This document shows positions 38,301 to 49,920 of a stretch of 64,000 bases of DNA, in pieces. How positions within the stretch are numbered: position 1 is the first letter of the stretch; each line of letters begins with the position of its first letter. Position numbers and translations under genes: made by a program. The DNA is from Octopus sinensis (lineage: Eukaryota), in contig NC_043003.1 of the NCBI RefSeq assembly GCF_006345805.1, forward strand, positions 48,546,001 through 48,610,000. Reading direction: 5' to 3'. A model generated the notes under the pieces. That model had not been told where the DNA came from. It saw only the letters and a list, made by a program, of their open reading frames with translations, and did no database searches.

Positions 38301-39093
38301 AGGTAGATTGTATGATGCATGTGTGCGAACTGCCATGCTTCACGGTAATGAAACATGGGCTGTAACTGCAGAAGACATGCGTAGACTTGAAAGAAATGAA
38401 GCTAGCATGATCCGCTGGATGTGTAGTGTCAGTGTGCACGCAAAACAGAGTGTAAGTATCCTGAGAGAAATGCTGGATATAAGAAGCATCAGATGTGGTG
38501 TGCAAGAGCGACGCTTGCGATGGTATGGTCATGTGCTGCGGATGGATGAAGAGAGATGTGTGAAGAAGTGCCACTCCCAAACAGTTGAAGGTATCAGGGG
38601 GAGAGGTAGACCCAGGAAGACATGGGATGAGGTGGTCAAGCATGACCTCAGAGCATTGGGCCTCACTGAGGCAATGGCGAAGGACCGAGATCTCTGGAGA
38701 TATGCTGTGACTACAAAGACCCGGGCTGCTTTCTGCAGCAATTCCACATACCCCCTACCCATTCTAAGTACCCCGGATCCCCAAAGTACCCTGGATCCCC
38801 AAAGTACCCCGATCCCCAAAGTACCCGGACCTCGTTGCCCCCGTGCCGCTGACACGTTAAAATGCTCGAACCGATCGTGACGATGCCGGACCCTCCGGCC
38901 CCTGTGCAGGTGGCACGTAAAAAGCACCCAATCCACTCACGGAGTGGTTGGCGTTAGGAAGGGCATCCAGCCGTAGAAACTCTGCCAGATTCAGACTGGA
39001 GCCTGGAGCGGCCCCTGGCTTCCCAGACCCGGTCGAACCGTCCAACCCGTGCTAGCGCGGAAAGCGGACGTTAAACGATGATGATGATGATGA
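35318..39093 (+). mobile_element. Probably full-length RTE LINE: C-rich 5' UTR, single ORF, 3' UTR with stem-loop, (GAT)n tail
   Basis: Intact ORF. The 3' end ggcgttaggaagggcatccagc...ggacgttaaac(gat)n matches many truncated copies in the window. The 5' boundary is approximate and no clear TSD was seen. Confidence 0.9.
35551..38880 (+). CDS. RTE-clade non-LTR retrotransposon polyprotein (APE endonuclease + reverse transcriptase with internal PHD-like finger), 1109 aa, uninterrupted
   Basis: APE motifs GTINVGTL, CCIQEVRW, SAYAPQ, GGDFNGHVG, SQIDFIL, QHRL. RT motifs KAPG, NYRGIKLL, QFGF, FVDLEKAFDRV, GVHQGSALSPLLF, YADD (37780-37791), FRYLG. RTE-type C-terminus RRLRWYGHVLRM...RGRGRPRKTW. Confidence 0.97.
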   Translation: MSTANTSSCPRRGQVGREIKRKIPRKLSPPQQPSSSQAPNPPRPPHISFPVFRVGTINVGTLTGKSSEIVEMLERRQVDVCCIQEVRWRDASARVLTGKALRYKLYWQGNAEGVGGVGILLAEEWVDKVIEVVRVCDRVLKLRLVLQSGTAMIISAYAPQAGLPNDQKDNFYDTLLQATSKTSNKDLIFVGGDFNGHVGRESGIFTGVHGGYGIGTRNDEGTRLLEFCDACNLSICNTNFKKPVCHLITYQSGDSASQIDFILTRQRDAGLLLNTKTLPGEECIPQHRLIISDFKLEARRTPRNKPIQKRRIWRLKNPSHGQKFRDILIKKFDEREEELQTSDIEGSWEFLRDSLLSATDQVCGWCKVPSRPRITWWWNSAVDKAICEKRRAWKAWKDGGSRELYQIAKREAGRQVYIAKDVAEKKKFANVQRREDQRAEVFRIARQCVRENSDVIGEKCVRMDDGALAFTTSEKKEAWRSHYERLLNEENEWEEESLPNVDPVEGPATRIDSSLVDKAIKDMKPGKAPGLSGITAEMLKTAGYVGYAIVTCIVNQVVHNGVIPNDWCSSTIVNCYKGKGDALDRNNYRGIKLLDQVMKVSEKVITNLIRERICLDEMQFGFVPGRSTTDAIFLVRQLQEKYLAKDKPLYIAFVDLEKAFDRVPRSLIWWSMRKLEIEEWLIRAVQALYREAVSKVRIGNEYSEEFRVEVGVHQGSALSPLLFIIVLQAITEEFKTGCPWELLYADDLALIAESLPELEEKFRVWKQGLESKGLRINVAKTKVLVSSKRYSAHIPSGRWPCSTCRKGTGRNSIRCTQCKLWTHKRCSNIKGKLTDKIAFMCGRCTGTIDTTDTQKTDSITLQGEKLEVVDSFRYLGDQVSSGGGCTESITTRIRIAWAKFRKLLPLLATKGLSLRAKGRLYDACVRTAMLHGNETWAVTAEDMRRLERNEASMIRWMCSVSVHAKQSVSILREMLDIRSIRCGVQERRLRWYGHVLRMDEERCVKKCHSQTVEGIRGRGRPRKTWDEVVKHDLRALGLTEAMAKDRDLWRYAVTTKTRAAFCSNSTYPLPILSTPDPQSTLDPQSTPIPKVPGPRCPRAADTLKCSNRS

Positions 39094-39489
39094 TATATAA
39101 TAAACCTTTACATAAATAAATAACGTGAAATACACGATGTAATATATGTATGTATTTTATTGTATAAATTGTGGCTAAGTTCACATGTATACATCACAAT
39201 AAAGATGCATTCAATCTTGTGCAAAAAAACCTGTGGTTAAACCATATAGCCCTTTTGCCGTATGAACCCAAGAACAGCTAGCCAAGTGTCAAGTGGTTGG
39301 TGTTTAAGAGCTGTATATGATAAAGGTTGAGTGTATGTTTATCAACCCAAACTAAGCATGTGAATATATTCATAATTGACACATACACACACACACACAC
39401 ACATATAAATATATATACATACACATATACATACATACATACACACATACATACATATACATGTAGTGTGTATTGGTGTGTGTGCATAG

Positions 39490-39627
39490 GATAGATATAT
39501 AGATAGAGAAATAGACAGGTTGGTGAATAGCAGAAAAAAAGACAAAAAGACAGATAGATAGACAGATAGATAACTAGATAGGTAGACAGATAAATAGATA
39601 AGTGGATAGTTATATAGATAGACAGAC

Positions 39628-39661
<34 letters not shown>

Positions 39662-39680
39662 GTAGATAGGTAGATTGATT

Positions 39681-39732
<52 letters not shown>

Positions 39733-39740
39733 GATAGATA

Positions 39741-39771
<31 letters not shown>

Positions 39772-39910
39772 AGATAGATAGGTAGACTGATTGATAGATA
39801 GACTGATAGATAGATAGGTATATTGATAGATAGATAGATAGGTAGATTGATAGATAGATAGGAAGATAGGTTGATAGATACAGATAGATAGACAAATAGA
39901 TAGATAGGAT
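39490..39910. repeat. (GATA/GACA/GATT)n microsatellite
   Basis: Direct inspection. Confidence 0.95.
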
Positions 39911-40642
39911 AGATGAAGAGGGAAAGAGTATATGTGAGTGTGATTATGTGTAGATGAGAGAGATAGAGAGAGAGAGGGAGAGAGAGAAGAAACATAATTA
40001 TTGCATATGTGAGTGTTGATAAGGAGAGAGAGGGAGAGACAGGCAGAGAAAGGGAGAGAAAGATAGAGACACAGATAGAAAGACAGACAAAACAGAAATA
40101 GTGTGATATATAAAGAACTGTATTAGACTCTGTGTGTGTGTGTGCATACATATGTGTATATGTCTGTGTGTATTTGTGTGTACTTATTTAGCCCCAGTAA
40201 AAGAAGGAAGTGTTGTTTTCACATGGTGTTAGGCACACTATACAATGTCTGTGTAAAGCTTATGAAACTTTTATATCTTTTATTATCTAACTAGTACTAT
40301 TTATATTTTGGTATATTGGAAGTGTGGTGAGAGGTGGCCTGTAGGTGAGTGAGAAGTATTTATCTTATTTAATCCTAACTGCAGCTAAACTAACATCTTG
40401 TGATGCCAGGTACCATCCCAGTTAGTTGTGATTCAAGGTAGAACAGTAATTCACCCACGAAAATAAATAAAACGAAATAAAAAAAAATATGTATATTATG
40501 AATGAAATAATGTCAAAGAACAGAACAAATGTTTCTTTTTAAATCAAATATTTCCCCATCTGAATTGAGGTGTACCATATTCAACATTCCTGCCCTTCAC
40601 TATATATATATATATATATATACACACACTATATATATATAT

Positions 40643-42332
40643 ATCATCATCATCATCATTTAGCGTCCGTTTTCCATGCTAGCATGGGTTGGACGGTTCA
40701 ACTGGGGTCTGGGGAGCCCGAAGGCTGCACCAGGCCAGTCAGATCTGGCAGTGTTTCTACAGCTGGATGCCCTTCCTAACGCCAACCACTCCGAGAGTGT
40801 AGTGGGTGATTTTATGTGCCACCGACACAGGTGCCAGACGAGGCTGGCAAACGGCCACGCTCGGATGGTGTTTTTATGTGCCACCGACACAGGTGCCAGA
40901 CGAGGCTGGCAGACGGCCACGCTCGGATGGTTGTTTTTATGTGCCACCGACACAGGTGCCAGATGAGGCTGGCGGACGGCCACGATCGGATGGTGTTTGT
41001 TACGTCCCCAAAGCACGGAGGCCAGTCTATGCGGTACTGGCTACGGCCACGTTCGGATGATTTTCTTGTGTGTGCCACCGGCACTGGTACCCAAAGATAC
41101 AAATTCCATTGATGTTCATCTATTTTGATTTGTTTTGATTGATTTGATTTTCACTTGCCTCAACAGGTCTTCACAAGTGTCACAAGAAGGAAGGTATGCA
41201 CAGGTGGACTGACTACGTCCCAGGTAGGGGCCACGGGTTATGGCCTGACTAGTCTTGCCGGGTCTTCGGATGGTGTTTTTATGTGCCACCGACACAGGTG
41301 CCAGATGAGGCTGGCGAACGGCCACGATCGGATGGTGTTTGTTACGTGCCCACAGCACGGAGGCCAGTCGATGCGGTACTGGCTACGGCCAGGTTCGGAT
41401 GGTTTTCTTGTGTGCCACCGGCACTGGTACCACAAAGATACAAATTCCATTGATGTTCATCCATTTTGATTTGATTTGATTTGATTTGATTTTCACTTGC
41501 TCAACAGGTCTTCACAGGTCTTCACAAGTGTCACAGGAAGGAAGGAAGGTATGCACAGGGGACTGACTACGTCCCAAGTAGGGGCCACGGGTTATGGCTG
41601 ACTAGTCTTGCCGGGTCTTCGGTTGGTGTTTTTATGTGCCACCGACACAGGTGCCAGATGAGGCTGGCGAACGGCCACGATCGGATGGTGTTTGTTATGT
41701 GCCCACGTCACAGAGGCCAGTCGATGCGGTACTGGCTACGGCCACGTTCGGATGGTTTTCTTGTGTGCCAACGGTACTGGTACCACAAAGATACAAATTC
41801 CATTGATGTTCATCTATTTTGATTTGGTTTGATTTGATTTGATTTGATTTTCACTTGCTCAACAGGTCTACACAAGTGTCACACACTTGCCTCAACAGGT
41901 CTTCACAAGTGTCATAAGTAGGTGTCACACATTTGCCTCAACAGGTCTTCACAAGTGTCATAAGTAGGAAGGTATGCATAGGTGGACTGACTACGTCGCC
42001 GGGTCTTCGGATGGTGTTTTTATGTGCCACCGACACAGGTGCCAGATGAGGCTGGCGAACGGCCACGATCAGATGGTGTTTGTTGTGCCCACAGCACGGA
42101 GGCCAGTCGATGCCGATGCGGTACTGGCTACGGCCACGTTCGGATGGTTTTCTTGTGTGTGCCACCGGCACTGGTACCACAAAGATACAAATTCCATTGA
42201 TGTTCATCTATTTTGATTTGGATTGATTGATTTGATTTTCACTTGCCTCAACAGGTCTTCACAAGTGTCACACACTTGCCTCAACAGGTCTCCACAAGTG
42301 TCACACACTTGCCTCTGCCTCAACAGGTCTTG
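40643..42332 (-). mobile_element. RTE 3' end with tandemly amplified 3' UTR (about four ~350-bp units)
   Basis: Reverse complement of the 34655-35295 region. Units restart at ~41266, ~41620 and ~42008. Flanked by TA-rich repeats. Confidence 0.9.
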
Positions 42333-42534
42333 TATGTATATATATATGTATATATGTATGTATATATATATATGTATATATATATATATACATACATATA
42401 CATATATATGTATGTATATATGTATATAAGTATGTGTGTATATGTATATATGTATATAAGTATGTGTGTATATATATATATGTATATATGTATGTATATA
42501 TATGTATATAGTATGTATATATATATATACATAC

Positions 42535-42810
42535 ATCATCATCATCGTTTAATGTTCGCTTTCTATGCTAGCATGGGTTGGATGATTTGACTGAGGGCTG
42601 GCGAACCAGATGGCTGCACCAGGCTTCAATCTTGATCTGGCAGAGTTTCTACAGATGGATGCCCTTCCTAACGCCAACCACTCCGAAAGTGTAGTGGGTG
42701 CTTTTACGTGCCACCGGCACGGGGGCCAGACAGGCAGTACTGGCAACGACCTCACTTGAATCTTTTTACACATGCCACTGGCACAGGTGCCAGTAAGGCA
42801 ATGCTGGTAC
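42535..42810 (-). mobile_element. RTE 3'-tail fragment
   Basis: Terminal motif plus (CAT)n. Confidence 0.8.
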
Positions 42811-43349
42811 TGGGCTGTGTGGTAAGAAGCTTGCTTCCCAACCACATGGTTCTGGGTTCAGTTCTACTGTGTGGTACCTTGAGCAAGTGTCTTCTACTAT
42901 AGCCTCGGGCCAACCAAAGTCTTGTGAGTGGATTTGGTAGACAGAAACTGAAAGAAGCCCGTCATATATATATAAGCTAGGAAAAATTATAAAAAGACAG
43001 AATGCTAAATTGAAGGTAAATTTTAATAAAAATGGGTGTAAGGAAAATTTTAAAAATTAAAAATTAAAAAAATATTAACTCTAACCAGTTTTCATCGCAA
43101 TGCAATTTTTCAAGAATTGAAAGGGGAAAAGAAATTTTTTTAAAATTGAGGAAGGGGAAAAAAGAAATTTACATTGTTTTTTTCAGAAAAATAATAATAA
43201 ACATATACAAAAATTAAAAAATAGGTATACCGATACATTGTAAAGTCTTTGTTTTTTGAGTTCAATGGTAGTCCTTGGAAAAATTTCCTTGGAGGATTAA
43301 GATCCATGTGATTAAACATGGTACAAGCATCCTAAACTAAGCACCACTC

Positions 43350-43507
43350 TGTGGTGTGGTTGGCATTAGGAACCATACCAAAACAGACAATGGATCCTGA
43401 TGTGGACCATGGCCTTACCAGCTCTGGTCAAACTATCCAACCCATGCCAGCATGAAAATCAGACAGTAAATGATGATGATGATGATGATGGTAATGATGA
43501 TGATGAT
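43350..43507 (+). mobile_element. Degenerate RTE 3'-tail fragment
   Basis: ggttggcattaggaa...ccaacccatgccagcatg...(gat)n. Confidence 0.7.
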
Positions 43508-43808
43508 ATTTCATTTGTCATATAACTACATTTTGATCTTGATGAATTATAACTATTTACTAACTGGTACAGCTCTGGTATAAATATTTTCCACTACCTT
43601 TGATACCAAAGAACAATAGTGTAGAATAAGAACTAGCAATGTAAGCAAAACAAATCAGACAAAACAGTAACCAAAAGCAGAGACAGTTGTAAGTGCAAGA
43701 TTATATTTAGCCTAACTGGGGGAACTACCTTTGCCAGATGTTAACCAGACATAGCATAGTTTTGACACCTCGCGTATGTGTGTGCGTTCATGCATACATG
43801 TGTGTGTG

Positions 43809-43838
<30 letters not shown>

Positions 43839-43847
<9 letters not shown>

Positions 43848-44014
43848 ATTCGAGACAAAACCACTATTTTGCAAAACAAACAAGGAAAGACATAATCAAT
43901 ACATAAAAATTTTTAAGCCCAGTAGCAGCATTGCCTTACTGGCACTTGATGTATTGATTAAGTCTTTCCTTGTTTGTTTTGCAAAATAGTGGTTTTGTCT
44001 CGAATTATATTATA
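43839..44014. repeat. Fold-back, ~65-bp arms, within (TA)n
   Basis: Arms 43839-43904 and 43949-44014. Confidence 0.93.
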
Positions 44015-44093
44015 TTATATTTTACTATAAAATTGGATTTAATCCTAAATCTGATTTTTCCCTGTAAATTTGGATTTATTCCCTAATATTTAT

Positions 44094-44128
<35 letters not shown>

Positions 44129-44319
44129 GGGAATTAGAAGGTTCAATTCTTCACAGGAACTATTGATTTCATCCCAGATGGGAATCTTTGGTCTGAGGAT
44201 TCCAATCTGAGGTGAAACCTCTGGTCATGTTGAAGGCATTGAACCATATAATTCTCACAATGAAGTTTTTAATCTGCAAATGTACCAAGTTCTCACTTAA
44301 GAGTAGTAATACATATTAC

Positions 44320-44732
44320 GGATCTTTTCGGTTTGAATGGCAGTTTTTTCTAGCGGTGTCATATGAAATTGTCACCCATAATTATGACCCTAGTATCGAT
44401 CTATTGCATTTCAATCTATTTTAGGGTTAGGGTTAGGGGTGGAGAAGGGTATCTTTTTTCCTTCAGAAATGTAAATAAACCCAATCTGTTTCTTAAATGA
44501 GGGACATATTCATACGGCACAGAATGTTTTTACCTCAATAGACGTCATTGATTGGTTGAAATTGCAGAAATTGAAGAAAAAAATAACAAATATCTTACAA
44601 ACTATAGAATTTTCTCAATAAAACTAAGACAAAAAGATGTTTATAAACACATTCTACCAGTATACGAAGTTTAAAAGTGTTTAGTTACGTGGAAATTATT
44701 AAAAAAAACTGCCGTTCAAACTGAAAAGATCC
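44320..44732. mobile_element. Non-autonomous DNA transposon with ~29-bp TIRs, GG termini and 8-bp TSD (Merlin-like by end structure)
   Basis: TIRs ggatcttttcggtttgaatggcagttttt / aaaaactgccgttcaaactgaaaagatcc; TSD catattac at 44312-44319 and 44733-44740. Confidence 0.88.
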
Positions 44733-45329
44733 CATATTACACTTTATTTACATTTACATGTACTCATATACAAATTCACTGAGCAAGATATACAGTTGAA
44801 AAAGAGTAAGAAAGAAGGAAGATGAGGAGGAAAGAGATATTAAGTAATATGTGTCTCTGTTATATCGTCTATTAAATATTTCAAACAGACATGGACCAGT
44901 CAAGCTGGCCATACATACATAATATAACATTCTGAGAACAGAGAACAGAAGGAGAGAGAGGGAGAGAAAGAGAGAGAGAGAGAGCAATGAGAGCAGTTCT
45001 AAGTGAATAAGCTAATGAGAAATGTTAAAAATTGTATGAGAGGTGATTGGATGAGAAATTGGTAGCAAAGGGGAAGTGATTAAGTCAAAGGGAATAATAG
45101 ATGTAAAGATTAGATCTTGACTGTTTAATGAGTCTGCCATTTGTACTTACAGAATAACAGTTGATTGTAGACACACACAAACAAGTGCACACATACAAAC
45201 ATGTATAACTGCTTGGATATCTTTCCATGCTTTTTAACATTACTTTCGCATTGAATATAAACATATATACATATACATACATACATACACACACACACAT
45301 ACATACATACCTACATATATATATATATC

Positions 45330-45637
45330 ACGTGATCACGTGACCGAACAGGCTATCAGATGTTGCTACACATCGCTGGTCACAATGCTCTTTGCATTGT
45401 TTTGGCCTTCAAATGATGCCACTCTGCTGGCTAAGTGAGCAGGCCAATAGAAGAAAGAGTGAGAGAAAGTTACGACCAAAGAGTACAGCAGGGATTGCCA
45501 CCACCCACTGCCAGAGCCTCGTGGAGCTTTAGGTGTTTTCGCTCACTAAACACTCACAATGCCTGGTCTAGTAATTGAAACCACAATCCTATGACCACGA
45601 GTCCGCTGCAGTAACCACTGGGCCATTGTGCCTCCAC
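45330..45637 (-). mobile_element. SINE family C variant with a different 3' module
   Basis: Head similar to 1680-1797; unrelated tail cacgtgatcacgtgacc... Confidence 0.75.
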
Positions 45638-45712
45638 ACACACATATATATACACACACACACATGTAAATATATACATATACATACACACACACACAGC
45701 CACATCTCTCTT

Positions 45713-45754
<42 letters not shown>

Positions 45755-45849
45755 CATTTATTTACATATGTATGCATGCAGACATCCATGTATGTATAGC
45801 ACAATTAGTAGAAGAACTGAAGTTGAAATTTTAAACACAGAAGCAAAAT

Positions 45850-46140
45850 TTGGAGTTGAAGAGCCTTAAGAAAAATTCAATGAAAACAACAAAAGTTTTA
45901 GTGAGTAGGGAGTGGCTGTGCCCCACCTACAGAGTTGACAGAAATTCTATAAGGTGTGCCCAACGTAATCAATGGACACACAAAAGGTGTAAGGGGATCA
46001 AAGGCAGGCTAACAGAGAAGGCAGGTTTCAGATGCAGCAGGTGTACTGAGGCTGTAAGAACTAAGCGTATTTGGAAAATAGATTCTCTCAAATGTGCTGG
46101 CAGTCCCTTAGATGTAGTTGATAGTTTTTGCTACTTAGGC
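45850..46140 (+). mobile_element. Old RTE RT/PHD fragment followed by a SINE
   Basis: KTKVLVS-like motif, WLCPTYRVDRNSIRCAQRNQWTHKRC...CSRC, LDVVDSFCYLG. Confidence 0.8.
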
Positions 46141-47474
46141 GCAGTTGTAGCTGTGTGGTTATGAAGCTTGCTTCCCAATTATGTGGTTTCAGGTTCAATC
46201 CCACTGTGTGACAACATTGCAACTTGAGCAAGTATCTTCTGTTTATAGTCTTGGGCTGGTCAAACCCTTGTGAGTGGATTTGGTAGCCATGTATGTGTGT
46301 GTGTGCGGGGGGGGGGGCGTTGCGTTCGTGCATGTGCATGCGAGTGTGTCTGTGCATGTGTGTGTGTTTGTATGTATCCATGTCTTGACATCGTGTGATG
46401 ACTGTAAATGAGCATTATCCTAGCATACAAGTGAGGTTATTTGCTTCAAATCTTTCATGAATAAACATGTTTGGCCAATGGAGAAATAGGGACCTTGCTT
46501 GGAAACAGGTGAGGGTTAGCAATAGGAAGGACATCTGCCCATAGAAAATCTGCTTCAACAAATTCCATCTTACCCAGGCATTCATTGGAAAAGTGGACAT
46601 CAAATGACGATGAGGATGTCAGTAGCGGTAGTGTTGTTCTTGTTGCTGTTGCTGTTATTAAATCAGAAATGAGAGTGCCCAGTAGAGCTGTTACAAAAGT
46701 CTGCTTCCTTGGTACAGTCAGAATCATAGCATTGTACCATAGGTTGCAACCCTGCTATGCATATGTGCAGATAAAATTAATGAATTTTTAATTTTACAAA
46801 TTCATTGGTCTGCAACCTGTATATTAGTTTTGGTCTTAAGGTTTCAGCCATGTTTTTTTCTTTCTCATGCAGGTAAAAATTAGACTTCGTCATGAGGCAA
46901 ATTCAAATTTGAATGTAGGTCAAATTGCTCCTGTACTATATTGTCACTCAAACTCTTAGAAAGAGAAGCCAAATCACACATTTAGGTTAGGTCCGTCATG
47001 AGCTCTAGGGCTCATAAGGCTTAACCCCAGATTCCACAGCATATAAATGACTGAGATTACAACACTTTCCCCCAGCTCTGAATGGGAACCAGGTTACACA
47101 CAGTTAACTGCCCAGCTATTGTTGGAACCCATTTACAGCTAAACTGACTGAAGCAATATGAAATGAATGTTTTACTCAATAACTCAATATACTGCTTGGT
47201 TCAAGAATTGAAACCACAATCTTAGAATTATGACAACAAAACCCTAACCATTAAGCCATGTGCCCTCACAAATCACACAGTACTGTCTTAAAAAAACCCC
47301 AAAAGATGCATTATTAAATTTGATGGCCATGACTGGAATGCTACTGATTGTAAGCCTGCTTCATTAAGGCCACATATAGAACTAAACAACCACAAACAAA
47401 TACCAAAAATGAAATCACAATAATGTGTATGTGGGGTGGGGGTGTTGTTGAACACATGCTCATTAAAAAAATAG

Positions 47475-47835
47475 ATGGTTCCGGGTTCTGTCCCACTGCA
47501 TGGCACCTTGGGCAAGTGTCTTCTATTATAGCCTCAGGTCGACTAAAGCCTTGTGAGTGGATTTAGTAGACGGAAACTGAAAGAAGCACATCGTATATAT
47601 GTATGTATATATGTGTGTGTGTGTGTATATGTTAGTGTGTCTGTGTCTGTCCTCCCAACATTGCTTGACAACCGATAGTGGTGTGTTTACGTCTCCATAA
47701 CTTAGCGGTTCGGCAAAAGAGACCGATAGAATAAGTACTAGGCTTACAAAGAATAAGTCCTGTGGTTGATTTGCTCGATTAAAGGTGGTGCTCCAGCATG
47801 GCCGCAGTCAAATGACTGAAACAAGTAAAAGAGAG
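47475..47835 (+). mobile_element. SINE family A (5'-clipped)
   Basis: Matches the family from atggttccgggtt onward. Confidence 0.82.
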
Positions 47836-48339
47836 TAAATAAACTTAATTAAAAGTAGGTTGAAGTTATAGACACTGAAGAAAGTTTTATAGACAATTAG
47901 ATAAAAACACATGCACTAGAGCAGAAAATAAGATATTCTAAAACAAATTTAAAGTAGTGCTCATTAAGTGTTTCATTAATAATATATTCTATAAATATAC
48001 CTGGACCAGCTTATGAGTATCTTAAAGTACAACAGTTCACATGAGGTCTTTTAGTTATAATTATGTCTTCTCTTCCAAATACTGAATTTGAAACTAAAAA
48101 AGCTGACTGTTGATTAAAGAGGATTTATTTTATCTTTTATTTATTTACCATTTACTTGTTTTAGTCACTGGACTGCAGCCATGCTGGGACACCACCTTGA
48201 TTTGTTTTAATTAAATAAATTAACCCCGGTACTTATTTAACAGTAAACAAACCAATACTGGTTGTCAAGCAGAGGTGGGGGCAAACACAGACACAATCTC
48301 ACACATTCACACAGACATATGCTTATATATATATATATA

Positions 48340-48618
48340 TTGCTTCACTGGCACCTGTGAAGCCGGTGGCAAGTGTAAAAAGATTTGAGCAAGGTCGTTG
48401 CCAGTGCCGCCTGACTGGCCCTCGTGCCGGTGGCACGTAAAAAGCACCACCCACTACACTCTTGGAGTAGTTGGCGTTAGGAAGGGCATCCAGCTGTAGA
48501 AACTCTGCCAGATCAAGATTGGAGCCTGGTGCAGCCATCTGGCTTGCTAGCCCTCAGTCAAAGTCGTCCAACCCATGCTAGCATGGAAAGCGGATGTTAA
48601 ACGATGATGATGATGATG
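48340..48618 (+). mobile_element. RTE 3'-tail fragment
   Basis: Terminal motif plus (GAT)n, preceded by (TA)n. Confidence 0.82.
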
Positions 48619-49104
48619 AAATACACACACACATTTGAAAGTCTTTGTGAAAAGTTACTTAATACAACTTTTAAGTATAAAGGGGAATTTTTTTAATAAA
48701 ATTATTTAAAAAAAAAGTTACAAAGCTCTTATATTAGGATGTTACTAACTGTTGTTGGAAGAAATTTTGTTCCTAGTGTGTGAGCACTTTTAATTAACCT
48801 TTTCAAATACACCTGCTCTTAGTTAATGTGTGTGTGTATGTATTTATATATATATATTCATTTTGCTGAACCACTAAGTTATGGGGATGTAAATCTACCA
48901 ACACTGGTTGTCAAGTAGTGATGGGGGGCGACAATCTCAGATATGCACACACGCACGACAGGCTTCTCTCAGTTTTTGTCAACCAAATCCACTCACAAGG
49001 CATTGGTTGGCCCGAAGCTATAGTAGAAGATACTTGCCCAAACTGATTGAACCCAGGACCATGTGGTTAGGAAGCAAGCTTCTTACCACACAGGCATGCA
49101 TGTG

Positions 49105-49137
<33 letters not shown>

Positions 49138-49560
49138 TGATCATCATTATCTAATGTCCGTTTTCCATGCTGGTATGAGTTGGATGGTTTGACAGGTGCT
49201 GGCAGGGCTCGGAGCCACAGCAGATTCCATTGTTTATTTTGGCATGGTTTCTACTGCTGGATACCCTTCCTAACGCCAATACATACATACATACAATGGG
49301 CTTCCATACAGTTTCCATCTACCATATTCACACATCCCAAAACTACAAGGCTGCAAATGTGAGCTTCTTAATTCAAGTCATGCTTCTACCTACTGACAAT
49401 TTTCTTTAAAAGAAAACATGGATGAGAACTTCTTAAAATTGATTTCAGAAAGTTTACATCCAATATCATTCTTTTATTGGTTTTCAGTCACAAATTATAT
49501 TGGGTTCAGTCACTGGAGAACCTTAATTTTAAAAAGTACATTTGATTATATCAACATCAG

Positions 49561-49920
49561 TACAAGGTTTGATCAATAGGTATCTGGACTGTTGCCATAG
49601 TAACGAAGCTAAAGCATGCAGAGGGAGGCCATTTGGCAAAGATTGACCTTGAACTTTGCTGTGCATGTGCACTAAGTTTTAACATTCTAGTTCACTTCCG
49701 CTGTTTACAGCAGTGCTTGGAAGGAAGGTGTATAGTGTGAGATTGTCGTATTGACCATGACAGAGAAAGTTGTCATGGTGATACCTACTCAGAGGTCTCA
49801 CAAAATTGTAGAAAGTGTATGGAGAGGAGTGTATGAGCCACACACAAGTGTACGGTTGGTTCAGACGTTTCCAAGACGGCCAAAAAATGTTGATATTGAT
49901 GAATGTTCTGGGAGGCTCAC
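49561..49920 (+). mobile_element. mariner left end with transposase N-terminal fossil
   Basis: TA plus TIR shared with 51198; VYGEECMSHTQVYGWFRRFQDG...DECSGR. Confidence 0.78.

Noticed and set aside
40660-42216. Repeated MCHRHRCQ ORFs resembling a Cys/His-rich peptide family
   Set aside because: They derive from the ~60-bp RTE 3' UTR repeat, and frames are not conserved between copies.
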